The notes: generated by a model not told the origin, from the letters alone. A stretch of 64,000 nucleotides of DNA from an uncultured Verrucomicrobiae bacterium (GCA_963813025.1 CAWEXO010000014.1:288001-352000); one strand, 5' to 3'. Counted from the stretch's first letter, positions 19,767-33,034 are shown. Made by a program: numbers and translations.

Positions 19767-20761
19767 TATAAGCTTGGACTTCGCGAATGATTTGCGGGTT
19801 GATTTCGTGCTTGATGGATTCGCCGGCAGCCCGGATCGCATTCTTGATCGCCAGCGGAGAACTCGCGCCGTGTGCGATGATGCAGATACCATTCACCCCA
19901 GCAGCGGCATGCCGCCATATTCCTCGTAGTTGGTTTTTTTTTTGATCGTGCGGAAAGCGCCTTCGGCCAGCTTTGCGCCGAGCTTGCGGACGGTGTTGCG
20001 GACCAGTTCATGCTTGAGCCAAGCGAAGATGGCGTGAGCGATCGCCTCTGAGGTCTTGAGAACAACGTTGCCGGTGAAACCGTCACAAACCACCACTTCG
20101 CTGGGTTCTCGAACAGGTCGTGTCCTTCGATATTGCCGCGAAAGTTCATTCCGCTGCCGCGCAAGCAATTTGAAAGCTTCCTTCGTGACGGCGTTGCCCT
20201 TCATGTCTTCTTCGCCGATCGACATGAGCGCGACAGAAGGATTGCGATAGCCGAGCACATGGCGAGAGTAGACTGAGCCCATGATCGCGAACTGGACAAG
20301 GTTGTCGGGCGCCGAGTCGAGATTGGCTCCGCCGTCAATCAGGACAAAAAGTTTGTTTTCGGTGGGAAGAGGGCAGGCGACGGCCGGCCGTTCGATCCCG
20401 TCCAGGGTCCGCAGCTTCAGCACGGCGGCGGCGACCGCGGCGCCGGTGTGGCCGGCAGAGACAACCGCATCAGCCATCCCTTTTTTGACAAGATCGACAG
20501 CGCGGCGAAATCGAAGCATCTTTTTTGGTGCGGACGGCTTTAGCGCCGGACTCTTTCATGCCGACCACCTGGGGCGAGTGAAAGATCTCCATGCGCGAAT
20601 CCTCGTACCGGAGACGATTCAGTTCAGTCGGCCAGAGTGACGGCGTCGCCAACCAAAAAAAGCTTTTCAATCCGCGGGTACTCTTTCAGAGCGAGGACCG
20701 CGCCTTCAACGGTGTTTTTTGGGGCGTAATCACCGCCCATGGCATCTAAAGCAATCCTCAT
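19766..20761 (-). CDS. plsX: phosphate acyltransferase PlsX, frameshifted in this sequence
   Basis: [14 protein letters not shown] start, [32 protein letters not shown] overlap with fabH. Confidence 0.9.
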
Positions 20762-20876
20762 ACTACACGCCCGGCGTGTCTGCGCCGTGAGTCGGGGTAG
20801 GATGGGTGCTTAACGCAATACAAAGTCACAGGCAAACCATTTGTACCGAATGACCGATGACGCGATTACCGATTGC

Positions 20877-21059
20877 TTAAGCGACCTCGATCGTCAGAAT
20901 CTGTCGCCCACGGTAATAGCCGCAGGAGGGACAGGCAGTATGGCCGCTGACCCGGCTTCCGCACTGCGGGCATTGCGTCAGTTGAGGTGCGTGCCAGCGA
21001 TTTGCCGCTTTGCGCGTGCGCAACCTCATCTTGGAGGTCTTTCGTTTTGGAACACCCAT
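20877..21059 (-). CDS. rpmF: 50S ribosomal protein L32
   Basis: MGVPKRKTSK, CPQC...CPSCGYYRGR; position in yceD-rpmF-plsX-fabH. Confidence 0.96.
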   Translation of the reverse strand: MGVPKRKTSKMRLRTRKAANRWHAPQLTQCPQCGSRVSGHTACPSCGYYRGRQILTIEVA

Positions 21060-21060
21060 C

Positions 21061-21522
21061 TTAGCTTTTTCCTTTTAACTTCAAATCGTTCAGTGCGTCC
21101 CAGGCATTCGCGGCTGAGGGCTCTTCTCCGATCATTGACAAATCAGCGCGCGGACCGAGACACACGGTCTTTCCCATCCCAATCGCATCTTGGATAGGGC
21201 GGAAGGGCGAGCAGGATATCCTCGCGGATGGCCGGCGTCAAGTCGACCAGTTCCGGGCCCGTCCGGTCAATTTGGGCTCGCAAAATCATCGACGAGCACC
21301 GGATAGATAAATGCTGAAGACAAGCCGCCGCACTCCAGCTCGACATCGGACCCAAAGACGACCGGTGACAAACAGACCAGAGCCGGAGAGCCCGAGATCG
21401 AGCGAGTAGTGGACATTTTCCAACGGCAGGATGTTGGGATCCCGCAAGTCCAGGATATCGTTTTCTTCCTGGCCTTCAAGATGAAGACCTTCTGCTGGAA
21501 TTTGATGAATATGAATTTTCAT
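21061..21522 (-). CDS. yceD: YceD/DUF177 protein, frameshifted in this sequence
   Basis: MKIHIHQIPAEG, VDLTPAIREDILLALP.YPRC, AWDALNDLKL; upstream of rpmF. Confidence 0.8.
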
Positions 21523-21551
21523 AGAGCAATTCCCAGTTGGACCGGACCTCC

Positions 21552-22149
<598 letters not shown>

Positions 22150-22187
22150 TCACCAACAACTGGCATTGACACTGGCACTCCCACTTC

Positions 22188-23766
<1,579 letters not shown>

Positions 23767-23778
23767 GAGAAAGCGGGA

Positions 23779-23787
23779 ATTATGGCA
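23779..23787 (-). promoter_or_regulatory. candidate extended -10 promoter for guaA
   Basis: TGcCATAAT 12 nt upstream of the guaA ATG; no clear -35. Confidence 0.35.
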
Positions 23788-23882
23788 CAGCGGGCCGTTG
23801 ATAGCTAGGGGCTCGTGGGCGCGGAGTTGCTTTTGGAATGCGTGAAGGGACGAGGAGGGAAAGGGACGGGAGCGGCCAAACA

Positions 23883-24674
23883 CTAGATCCCGCCGACCGC
23901 CACGCTAAAACGGTCGTTTCGATGGCGCACCGTCATCGCAACACCGAACGCCTTGCTCAGGACGGCCGTATTTACGACGCCCGCTATGGGACCCTGCGCG
24001 ACGATCTCGCCGCCGCGCAAGACAATCGCGGATCGAAAGCTGGGCAGAATTTCCTCAACGTGGTGCGTGACGAAAAGCAGGCCGGGCACCCGGTCGGAGG
24101 TCGCCAGCCGATGCAGAAAAACCAGGAACCGTTCCCGGGCTACTGGGTCAAGGCCGGAACAGGGTTCGTCGAGGATGAGAATCCGGTAATTCGCCATCAG
24201 AGCGCGCCCAATCAGCGCGCGTTGTCGTTCGCCTTGCGAGAGATACGCCCAAGGACGGTCCGCAAGATGAGCGCATTCGACTTGTTCGAGCGCAGCGAGC
24301 GCCTCAGTCCGGAGAATTCCCTTCGGGGGATGCCAGAGGTTGAGTTCCGCCTCGCGCCCGCTGGCCACGACTTCGAGTGCGGTCTGATAATCCTCGATCA
24401 ATTGCCGAATACTCGAGCTGACCAACCCGACTTCTTTTCTCAAATCTCGCCAGTCGGATTTGCCGTACCGCTTACCGAGCACTCGGATGACGCCGGTTGA
24501 GGGGGTGACGTAACCGGTGATGCAACTCAAGAGGGTGGTTTTGCCGGAGCCGTTCGCCCCGAGAACGGCCCAGTGCTCGCGCTCCTTTACTTCCCAATGA
24601 ACGTTGCGCAGGATCTCGGCGGCGCCACGGCGGACGGTGAGGTTGTGGATCGAGATCAGGATCGTATCGGGCAT
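23883..24674 (-). CDS. ABC transporter ATP-binding protein (ModF-like)
   Basis: GANGSGKTT, LSQGERQR, ILDEPC.GLD, VTHH. Confidence 0.9.
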   Translation of the reverse strand: MPDTILISIHNLTVRRGAAEILRNVHWEVKEREHWAVLGANGSGKTTLLSCITGYVTPSTGVIRVLGKRYGKSDWRDLRKEVGLVSSSIRQLIEDYQTALEVVASGREAELNLWHPPKGILRTEALAALEQVECAHLADRPWAYLSQGERQRALIGRALMANYRILILDEPCSGLDPVARERFLVFLHRLATSDRVPGLLFVTHHVEEILPSFRSAIVLRGGEIVAQGPIAGVVNTAVLSKAFGVAMTVRHRNDRFSVAVGGI

Positions 24675-24775
24675 GCGGACCTGGTTGAAGGAATCTGGGT
24701 TATCACGCAACACCGATTTTAATTTTCCGCGACGCCAATTTCGGCGAGGACGAGATGAAGAAATTGAATTGCGAT

Positions 24776-24875
24776 ATCCCTACCGGTGCTGGTCCTTAAC
24801 GCCACTCCGAAAGCGGCTCGAATTTTCAGCCGAGCCGCTTTCGGAGTGGCGTTAAGGACCAGGAGCGGTAGGGAT
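24776..24875. repeat. 100-bp near-perfect palindrome joining two GGTAGGG REP heads
   Basis: 45-bp arms with 2 mismatches (inner 32 bp perfect), 10-nt loop; followed by REP-like units at 24867-24902, 24925-24949 and 24978-24993. Confidence 0.9.
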
Positions 24876-25081
24876 GAGCTCGGGATGAGCTCCTGCTCGT
24901 CCAAATCGAGAGGTGATCCAAGGAGGTCAAGCGGGAGCTTGACCCTACCGACCTTGGGTGTTGTGAGACAATCTCTGAAATTCTCGCCCTACCGGCACAT
25001 AATGAAAACGCGCTGCAAGAGAATGCAACGTGGTGAGGGAGATCTCGAAAACATCGTCCTGCCGACGAAGCATGTACGTAT

Positions 25082-25696
25082 GTGTTATCATCAGACGTGC
25101 GCGTGCAACAAAGGCTGATTCCGGCATCACTGCTCTTGAAGGCTTACTGCACGGGGCTCTTCCCGATGGCGGTAGACCACGAGCAGATCGAATGGTTTTC
25201 GCCCGATCCGCGGGCGATCATGCCATTGGACGCTTTTCACGTACCCCACGGATTGAAACGCGCGTTGAAAAAAAACGCTTTTGAGATCCGCCTCGATACG
25301 AATTTTGAGGAGGTGATTCGGGAGTGCAGCCGCCGCGCCGAGACTTGGATCAACGAAGAGATCATTGCGAGCTATGTTAATCTGTTCCGATTGGGGTTTG
25401 CCCACTCGATCGAGTCGTGGCGGGAAGGGCGGCTGGCCGGCGGACTGTACGGCGTCGGCGTTTTCGGGGCGTTCTTCGGTGAGTCGATGTTCCATCACGA
25501 GACCGACGCCTCAAAAGTCGCTTTGGTGGCGCTGGTGGAGCATCTGAGGGAGCGCGGTTATCGGCTATTGGACATACAGTATGTCACTGATCATTTGCGC
25601 GCCTTCGGCGCGGTAGAGATTCCTCGCCCGAGGTATATGCGGTTACTGCATCAAGCGCTGGCTATCGATTGCCGGTTTGAGCGGCCGCCGAAATGA
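25082..25696 (+). CDS. aat: leucyl/phenylalanyl-tRNA--protein transferase
   Basis: LLKAY..GLFPMA, WFSPDPR, AHSIESW, GGLYGV, FFGESMF, ASKVAL; start uncertain. Confidence 0.93.
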   Translation: MLSSDVRVQQRLIPASLLLKAYCTGLFPMAVDHEQIEWFSPDPRAIMPLDAFHVPHGLKRALKKNAFEIRLDTNFEEVIRECSRRAETWINEEIIASYVNLFRLGFAHSIESWREGRLAGGLYGVGVFGAFFGESMFHHETDASKVALVALVEHLRERGYRLLDIQYVTDHLRAFGAVEIPRPRYMRLLHQALAIDCRFERPPK

Positions 25697-25818
25697 ACGT
25701 AGGTTCCCGGCTATCAGCTTTTCCAGAGCAAGGCACAGCGGTGTGTCCTGGCCGCTGAACCGCGGGGAAAAGGCGGTTTCGGTTTGGGAAGCCCTGGTCT
25801 GCTATTTGCTTTTCGATC

Positions 25819-27189
25819 TTGTTGATCCGTATTTTCGGGCCAGGAAGGGAGTGGCTGCCGTTGGAGGCCGCGAGCGGCGATGGTAGAAACGCGATCCAGC
25901 AAGGAGATATAAGAGCATTGAACTCGTCGACAAAACGCAAGGTGCCAGCGCAAAAAGCACGAATTCTATGCAGGCCGTTCTCACCGATTTTCCGGTTCCC
26001 GAGCCTTCTTCTCCTGCTGCCGCTAATTTTTGGCGGCTGCGGGCAAAATAAGCCGCAAGCTCAACAAGCTCCGCCGAAGAACGTGCTCGTAACCTCGGTG
26101 GAATCGCGGGACGTGCCGGTCCTGATCCGGCAGTACGGGCGTATATCGTCGCCGGAATCGGTGGATGTCCGGCCGCAGGTCAGCGGACGCATCACTGAGG
26201 TCCATTTCAAGGACGGGCAAGAAGTGAAACGAGGCGACCTCCTTTTTGTCATCGACCCGCGCCCATTCCAGGCCGATCTCGAACAGGCGCAGGCTCAGCT
26301 CCAGTTAGACCAGTCTCAGTTAGACCTTTTCAAACGCAACTTGGCCCGGGACGAGAAGATCGGTCCGCAGCACTTTATTTCGGAGCAGCAACTCGACCAG
26401 GATCGAACGCAGGTAGAGAACTTCCAAGCCGCGGCAGCGAAAGATCAGGCGACCATCAATCTGGCAAAATTGAATCTCGATTATTGTTACGTGCGAGCAC
26501 CCAACGACGGCCGGACCGGCCGCCGGTTGGTGGATCCGGGCAACTATGTGGCGACCGGGGGAAACGCTTTGGTGAACATTCAACGGCAGGACCAGGTCTA
26601 TGTCGACTTCATCATTTCGGAGAATGATCTGGCCCGGCTCCGCGACAACATGCCGGGGAAGCAGCTGAAGACAGAGGTCATCGCACCGGCCAAACCTGAC
26701 ATCGTGAAGAGTGGTTTTTTGACTTTTCTCGACAACACGGTCTCGTCCCAGGCGGGCACCGTGATGCTGCGGGCAACGATCCCCAATGCCGATCGTTATC
26801 TCTGGCCCGGCCAGTACGTGAATGTGGCGCTCACGCTGAAGACCTTAAAAGATGTTCCTGTTGTACCCAACCAAACAGTGCAGATCGGCGGGAAAGGTGA
26901 CTATCTATTTGTGGTGAAACCGGACCACACCGTGGAGCAGCGCCAGGTTACGCAAGGGGAACGTTTCGGTGACCTGGTCGTAGTTTCTCAAGGGGTGCAG
27001 CCCGGGGAAACGGTCGTGGTCGAGGGTCAACTCGCCCTTGCCTCCGGCATGAAGGTCAATCCGAAACCTTACGAGAGCGGGGGAACTCCCCGACCGGCGG
27101 CCAGCTTGACGGAAAACGGCGCAGATAAAGCGGGAGCGCCGAGCACTCAGTCTGGGCAAAGCCAAAGCAAAGGGAATGCCCCGTTATGA
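25819..27189 (+). CDS. RND efflux periplasmic adaptor (MFP), lipoprotein
   Basis: LLPLIFGGC lipobox, VDVRPQVSGRI, GDLLFVIDPRP, LWPGQYV; true start probably ~25940. Confidence 0.9.
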   Translation: MLIRIFGPGREWLPLEAASGDGRNAIQQGDIRALNSSTKRKVPAQKARILCRPFSPIFRFPSLLLLLPLIFGGCGQNKPQAQQAPPKNVLVTSVESRDVPVLIRQYGRISSPESVDVRPQVSGRITEVHFKDGQEVKRGDLLFVIDPRPFQADLEQAQAQLQLDQSQLDLFKRNLARDEKIGPQHFISEQQLDQDRTQVENFQAAAAKDQATINLAKLNLDYCYVRAPNDGRTGRRLVDPGNYVATGGNALVNIQRQDQVYVDFIISENDLARLRDNMPGKQLKTEVIAPAKPDIVKSGFLTFLDNTVSSQAGTVMLRATIPNADRYLWPGQYVNVALTLKTLKDVPVVPNQTVQIGGKGDYLFVVKPDHTVEQRQVTQGERFGDLVVVSQGVQPGETVVVEGQLALASGMKVNPKPYESGGTPRPAASLTENGADKAGAPSTQSGQSQSKGNAPL

Positions 27190-30100
27190 ATTTCTCGGAG
27201 ATTTTCATCCGGCGTCCAATCATGACGCTGCTTTTGACGATCAGCGTGATCGCGGCAGGTATCCAGGTTTTCCGGCAATTGCCGGTGAACGATCTTCCGG
27301 CCGTCGACTATCCGGTCATCCAGGTCCAGGTGAGTTATCCCGGAGCAAGCCCGGAAACCATGGCCAATACCTGCGCCACGCCACTGGAAAAGCAGTTTTT
27401 GCAGATCCCAGGGCTGGATGTGGTGACTTCGACCAATCAGACGGGCCAGTCGACGTTGGTGCTCCAGTTTTCTCTCGACAAAAGCCTGGGAGATGCCGCC
27501 ACCGACGTCCAGGCGGCGATTTCGCGGGCGCAGGGATTTCTGCCGCAGGACCTGCCGCAACCGCCTTCCTTCACGAAGACCAACCCAAATGATCAGCCGA
27601 TCTTCTACATCGCGCTCGTCAGTGATACCCTGACGGAAGGGAACCTCTACGATTACGCGAATACGCAACTGGGCCAGCAGATCGCGATCATCAATGGGGT
27701 GAGCCAAGTCAACGTTTACGGGGCGCGGAGCGCGATCCGCATCAAAGTCGACGTGAACAAGCTATCCTCGCTTGGTCTGACGATGACCGATGTGACGAAC
27801 GCGGTCGGGCAGAGTACTTCCTATAAAGGAGCGGGCCAGTTCGACGGGAAAGATCGTACCTACTTACTCTATCCCCATGGTCAGCTTTCCACTCCGGACC
27901 AGTACAATAATGTTATTATTGCCCAGCCCAGCGGGCAGCCGGTGTATCTCAAGGATGTTGCCCGGGTGGTGCAATCGGTCGAGGACGAGCGGATAAACCG
28001 GAACTTCTGGGCGCGCGAATACGGTGAGGCGCCCGTCGAGGTTGTCCTGGCAGTCAGCCGGCAAGCCGGGGCCAATGCCGTCGAGGTCGCTCGCCAGGTC
28101 CGCTCTCTTCTGCCGCAATTTGAGAAAGAGCTGCCGGGATCAGTGAAACTGATTCCGTTGTACGATCGTTCCAAGACGATTGTGGCCAACGCCAATGAAG
28201 TCGAGCGCACCCTCATCATCGCCTTTGTGCTGGTGGTGGCAGTTATCTTCGCATTTCTCGGGCGAGCGACCGACACGCTCATTCCCGTGGTCGCGTTGCC
28301 ACTCTCGATGCTGATCACCTTTACAGTCATGGGTGCGCTGAATTTCAGCTTAAACAATCTGACCTTGATGGCTCTCACTCTGGCCATCGGCTTTCTGGTC
28401 GACGACGCGATAGTGTTCCTCGAGAATACTGTGCGGCTGATCGAGGACGGGCAGAAACCGATGGAAGCGGCCTTGAATAGCGCCCGGCAGATCACGTTCA
28501 CGATCGTCGCCATGACCGTCTCGCTCGCGGTCGTTTTCCTGCCTTTAGTTATGGTGAGCGGGATCATCGGTCGCATATTCCGCGAGTTTTCCGTCACAAT
28601 CATTGTGGCCATTTTCGCATCGGGCCTGGTCTCGATTACCCTTACTCCGATGATGTGCTCGCGTCTGCTCAGCGGAGAACGTGGGCACGGTCACGAGACC
28701 TGGATGGAGCGATCGGTAGGAGCGCTCTTTAAAACAATTACCGGCTTCTACGGACGCACCCTATATTTTTTCCTGCACCATCGCTGGATTTCCGCTTTAG
28801 GGTGGGTGGTCTCGCTGGGGGCGACTGTCTGGTTCTTCGGTCAGTTACCAAAAACTTTCATTCCGGCCGGAGACAGCGGATTCATTCGAGGTATCATTCT
28901 CGGGCCGGAGGGGATCTCGCCGCAGCGCTTTCGGCAGATTCAGTCCCAAGTTGACCAAATCCTGCGAAAAAATCCGGCCGTGGACGAGACTTTTACCCTA
29001 TCGGGTTTTTCCAAAGGATTGTCATCCAATCAGATGCTCGGGCTGGCCTTTTTGAAGGACGTTAGTCAACGGCCTCCGATCAATGTCGTGGTCGCTCAAC
29101 TGACGCGTGATCTCAGTCAGATTCCGGGGATCATTCCGTTGGTGCGACCTGATCCGGTCCTCCAGATCAGCACAGGTGCGACGAAAAACAATCAAGGCCA
29201 GTATGCATTCGCGATCTCGGGCGTCGATGCTCAGCAAGTCTACCAGTCGGCCTTGGCGATGATGGAGAAGTGTCGGGCTTATCCCGGCTTTCAAAGCGTT
29301 TCTTCGGATTACTTTGCACATACGCCGCAGCTCGGAATCGACCTCAACCAGACCCAACTTCAGTCTTACGGATTGACCAATGTCAATGTGGAGGACCTCC
29401 TGAAAAACGCCTACTCGCAGAACTACACCTACCTGATCAAGACTCCGGTCGACCAATACCAGGTGATTGTCGAAGCCGAGGATTCTCAACGGGCGAACCC
29501 GTCGAATCTCAACCAGCTCTTCTACAAGCCGACGAACGGCCAGACCACCATCCCGAGCCAGACGGTTACGAGCCCGCAAGCATCGGCCGGGATGTTGTCG
29601 GTGAACCATCTCAACCAGTTCCCGTCAGTCACTTTATATTTCAATTTGAAACCGGGAGCCTCGACCGGTGACGCCACAAACTTTATTACCCGAACCGCCG
29701 CACAGGTGCTGCCTTCGACCATTCGCGGTCAGCTTCAAGGGGAGGCGCAAACCTTTAGCGAAACCTTCTCCCAACTGGGAGGGCTGCTTTTTGTCGCGGT
29801 CTTCATCATGTACGTAATCCTCGGGATCCTGTATGAGAGCTGGTTCCATCCGATCACAGTTTTATCATCGTTACCGGTGGCCACGGTCGGCGGTCTGGCC
29901 ACGCTCTACTTCTTGCAGTCAGAGCTCTCGCTGTATTCCTACATCGGGATGTTCATGCTGATTGGGATTGTGAAGAAGAACGGTATCATGATGGTGGATT
30001 TCGCGGTGGAACAGCGGAGAGCGGGCAAGTCACCGGTTGAGGCGGTGCACGAAGCGAGCATCGAGCGGTTTCGGCCAATCATCATGACAACGTTGGCCGC

Positions 30101-30329
30101 GCTGATGGGTGCCATCCCGATTGCTCTGGGATTGGGTGCCGACGGAGCCTCCCGGCGTCCACTCGGCCTGATTCTGGTCGGTGGTTTAGTCGTGTCACAG
30201 CTGATCACTTTGTACGTGACGCCCGCGATTTATCTGTACATGGAGCAGCTCCAGGACAAGCTCAATGAGGTGTACGATCGCTTGCGTAACCGAGGAAGCG
30301 CCAAGGAGAAACTGGCAACGGTCGGGTGA
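27186..30329 (+). CDS. RND efflux permease (AcrB/MdtB-MdtC-like)
   Basis: FIRRPI, GFLVDDAIV, GIVKKNGIMMVD, RFRPIIMTT. Confidence 0.95.
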   Translation: MNFSEIFIRRPIMTLLLTISVIAAGIQVFRQLPVNDLPAVDYPVIQVQVSYPGASPETMANTCATPLEKQFLQIPGLDVVTSTNQTGQSTLVLQFSLDKSLGDAATDVQAAISRAQGFLPQDLPQPPSFTKTNPNDQPIFYIALVSDTLTEGNLYDYANTQLGQQIAIINGVSQVNVYGARSAIRIKVDVNKLSSLGLTMTDVTNAVGQSTSYKGAGQFDGKDRTYLLYPHGQLSTPDQYNNVIIAQPSGQPVYLKDVARVVQSVEDERINRNFWAREYGEAPVEVVLAVSRQAGANAVEVARQVRSLLPQFEKELPGSVKLIPLYDRSKTIVANANEVERTLIIAFVLVVAVIFAFLGRATDTLIPVVALPLSMLITFTVMGALNFSLNNLTLMALTLAIGFLVDDAIVFLENTVRLIEDGQKPMEAALNSARQITFTIVAMTVSLAVVFLPLVMVSGIIGRIFREFSVTIIVAIFASGLVSITLTPMMCSRLLSGERGHGHETWMERSVGALFKTITGFYGRTLYFFLHHRWISALGWVVSLGATVWFFGQLPKTFIPAGDSGFIRGIILGPEGISPQRFRQIQSQVDQILRKNPAVDETFTLSGFSKGLSSNQMLGLAFLKDVSQRPPINVVVAQLTRDLSQIPGIIPLVRPDPVLQISTGATKNNQGQYAFAISGVDAQQVYQSALAMMEKCRAYPGFQSVSSDYFAHTPQLGIDLNQTQLQSYGLTNVNVEDLLKNAYSQNYTYLIKTPVDQYQVIVEAEDSQRANPSNLNQLFYKPTNGQTTIPSQTVTSPQASAGMLSVNHLNQFPSVTLYFNLKPGASTGDATNFITRTAAQVLPSTIRGQLQGEAQTFSETFSQLGGLLFVAVFIMYVILGILYESWFHPITVLSSLPVATVGGLATLYFLQSELSLYSYIGMFMLIGIVKKNGIMMVDFAVEQRRAGKSPVEAVHEASIERFRPIIMTTLAALMGAIPIALGLGADGASRRPLGLILVGGLVVSQLITLYVTPAIYLYMEQLQDKLNEVYDRLRNRGSAKEKLATVG

Positions 30330-30398
30330 GTGGTCCAGGCGTTAGCAGGTGCTAAAAGGGCACAGTCACTGGAGCTTTCAAGAGGCCGTACTTGTTAC

Positions 30399-30738
30399 GT
30401 AGCGCGACGGCCGTGGGTCTCCCGGACTTCGACATTTGCCGATTCCTCGGTCCATCGACGACGCATCAGGCCCTGCGTGGGACGGTACGTAGCGCCGACG
30501 GCCTCGTCGGTACATCGGCGGAGAGATGCCCAGCACGTTGCGCAATCTGTCGATCTCGACGGCGCACGAAGCTGGGAGCGTGATATGTAACGTCGGCGCT
30601 ACGCAACGCACTCGCCTTTTGGGTCACGGGATCGAGGGAACCGCACAACGCGTTGGGCGTGCTCACAGGCGGACGGACGAGGCTGTCCGCCTTCGTGCCC
30701 GCTTCGAGGGCACTACGGCGCGACAAGTTCCGCGCTGC
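30399..30738. repeat. REP cluster (family B and nested family A) with RAYT-locus-derived spacer
   Basis: GTAGCGCCGACGGCCTCGTCGGTAC at 30489-30513; ~170 bp homologous to the reverse complement of 56540-56710; REP with nested insert at 30672-30738. Confidence 0.82.
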
Positions 30739-30814
30739 GCTCGATCTCTGGAGCAGACAAATTTTCGAGAACTGGACCGCCAGTTGGCGCTATTGTGTTG
30801 ATCAGGAGAACTCC

Positions 30815-31441
30815 ATGTCTGAACCGATGGAAAAGCAGATCTACCTGATCCGTCACGGCGAAACCGAATGGTCCAAAGACGGCCGGCACACCGGTCGAAG
30901 CGATATTCCGCTGACCGAAACCGGCCGCGAGCAAGCCAGCTTTCTGGTGCCGGTTTTTGATGAGGCAAAATTTACGCACATTTACAGCAGTCCGCTTCAG
31001 CGATCGCTGGAGACCGCGCGCCTGGCGGGCGTCGGCAACAAGGTGGAGATCTGGGATGATCTACGGGAATGGGATTACGGCGAATACGAAGGAATTACCA
31101 CCCAAAAAATCCGCGAAAAGGTTCCCGGCTGGACAATTTGGACGCACCCGGTGCCGCACGGCGAAACCGCTCAGGAGATTTCTCGCCGGGCAGATCGGGT
31201 CGCCGCCCGTCTCCATGAAATTGAAGGAAATGTCGCCATTTTCTCGCACGGCCATTTTTTGCGGGTGCTCGCGGCCCGCTGGCTGGGGCTCGAAGTCTCA
31301 TGCGGCCGGTTCTTTTTGCTGGGAACGAGTACATTGTCGATCCTCGGTTATGAACACGAGAACGCGGCAATAAAGACCTGGAACGGTCCGCTGATTACGG
31401 CGGCTTGCGCGGTGCCTTGGCGGGGGAAGAGCGTGCCGTAG
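30815..31441 (+). CDS. histidine phosphatase (phosphoglycerate mutase family)
   Basis: LIRHGETEW, SSPLQR, EWDYGEYEG, FSHGH; AGGAG RBS. Confidence 0.92.
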   Translation: MSEPMEKQIYLIRHGETEWSKDGRHTGRSDIPLTETGREQASFLVPVFDEAKFTHIYSSPLQRSLETARLAGVGNKVEIWDDLREWDYGEYEGITTQKIREKVPGWTIWTHPVPHGETAQEISRRADRVAARLHEIEGNVAIFSHGHFLRVLAARWLGLEVSCGRFFLLGTSTLSILGYEHENAAIKTWNGPLITAACAVPWRGKSVP

Positions 31442-31474
31442 GGGTGAGTTAATCGATCGCCTGCGATAAGTAGA

Positions 31475-31586
31475 GGAGTCAGGAGTCGGGAGTCAGGAGT
31501 AACCAGTAATCGGTAATCGGTAATCCCGCCTAACGCCTCAAGTCGCTCAAGCCGCTCAAGCCGCTCAAGCCGCTCAAGCCGCTCAA
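31475..31586. repeat. short tandem repeats (GGAGTCA heptamers; CAAGCCGCT 9-mers)
   Basis: Direct reading: ggagtcaggagtcgggagtcaggagt and (caagccgct) x~5. Confidence 0.8.
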
Positions 31587-31693
31587 ATGACTGTGACCTG
31601 TCCCCATTTGATCCACTGTCAACAGTCGTCTTGCCTCTTTGTGCCGAACTGGTAACAAATAGATGGAGCTCGAAAAACGAGCGGAGTGTGCGC

Positions 31694-33034
31694 ATGGCGA
31701 GCCGGACGAGGCAGATGAACGGGGAGCACGAGGCGGCAGCGAAGACCACCTTGCATCTTCTGCAGGCCGTGCTGGGTGAATATCATCCTCGCAATTTTGC
31801 CGTGCAGTTGTGGGACGGCAGTGAGTGGCCGGCCGAAACGAATAGTCCGAGTTTTACGCTGCACCTGAACCACCCGGGCGCCCTGCGCAGTATCTTTCAA
31901 AAATCCGATCTGGCGGTTTCGGAAGCCTATATCCACGGCTACCTGGATATTGAAGGCGATCTCGAAGCGGCCATGCCGGTCGGCGATTTTCTGCGGAGCC
32001 GTTCATGGCGAATCCCCAGTATTCTGCGGACTGGATGGGATCTGATCAGGCTACCGACCGTAAAACCAGGAGAGCGGAGTGCCGCTGATCTGCAAGGGCG
32101 TTTGCACTCCGTCGCTCGCGATCGGCAGGCCGTAACCTATCATTACAATGTTTCAAATGACTTTTACGCACTCTGGCTTGATCGGCAGATGGTTTACTCT
32201 TGCGCGTACTTCGAGCATGCCGACGACGATTTGGACACGGCACAGGCTCGAAAACTCAATTACCTGTGCCGCAAACTCCGGCTCCGTCCCGGAGATACGT
32301 TACTCGACCTCGGATGCGGCTGGGGCGGCCTGATCCTGCACGCAGCCAAATATTATGGCGTGGCTGCTCACGGGATCACGCTAAGCGAGAATCAGGCTCG
32401 GCTGGCCGGGGAACGGATCGCTCGGGCCGGTTTGCAGAGCAACTGCCGAGTCGAAGTACGCGATTACCGCGAACTCCAGGCTTCCAGCGGATTCAACAAG
32501 ATCGTCAGCGTTGGAATGTTTGAGCATGTGGGCGAACAGCAGTTGCCACATTATTTCCGGCATGTTTGGGAACTATTGCGGCAAGGCGGTGTATTCCTGA
32601 ATCACGGGATCGCGCGACGGGTGAGTGATCCACCCTCGAGCAGTTCGGCTTTCGTTGGGAAATACGTGTTTCCTGACGGCGAACTCGCCCCGATCAGCAC
32701 GACCGCGCGCTGTGCTGAAGAGGTTGGATTTGAAGTTCGCGATCTCGAGAGCTTGCGCGAGCATTACGCGCTTACGTTGCGCCGCTGGGTCAAGCGATTG
32801 GAGGCTCACCGAGCGGAAGCGGTCCGGGAAGTTGGTGAACAGACCTACCGAATTTGGCGGTTATTCATGTCGGGATCTGCCCACGGTTTTGCGAGGGGTC
32901 CGCTCAATGTTTACCAGCTTTTGCTGGTTAAGCCCGACGCTGGTCGGAGCGGACTGCCACTGACCCGCGCGGACTGGTACCAGGGGGAAGAAAGCGGCGG
33001 GAGCAGAGGGAGCGGGTTCAGCGGAGGAAGGTAG
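31694..33034 (+). CDS. cfa: cyclopropane-fatty-acyl-phospholipid synthase
   Basis: HYNVSNDFY, MVYSCAYF, LDLGCGWG, SVGMFEHVG, YVFPDGEL; repeat-derived C-tail. Confidence 0.9.
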   Translation: MASRTRQMNGEHEAAAKTTLHLLQAVLGEYHPRNFAVQLWDGSEWPAETNSPSFTLHLNHPGALRSIFQKSDLAVSEAYIHGYLDIEGDLEAAMPVGDFLRSRSWRIPSILRTGWDLIRLPTVKPGERSAADLQGRLHSVARDRQAVTYHYNVSNDFYALWLDRQMVYSCAYFEHADDDLDTAQARKLNYLCRKLRLRPGDTLLDLGCGWGGLILHAAKYYGVAAHGITLSENQARLAGERIARAGLQSNCRVEVRDYRELQASSGFNKIVSVGMFEHVGEQQLPHYFRHVWELLRQGGVFLNHGIARRVSDPPSSSSAFVGKYVFPDGELAPISTTARCAEEVGFEVRDLESLREHYALTLRRWVKRLEAHRAEAVREVGEQTYRIWRLFMSGSAHGFARGPLNVYQLLLVKPDAGRSGLPLTRADWYQGEESGGSRGSGFSGGR

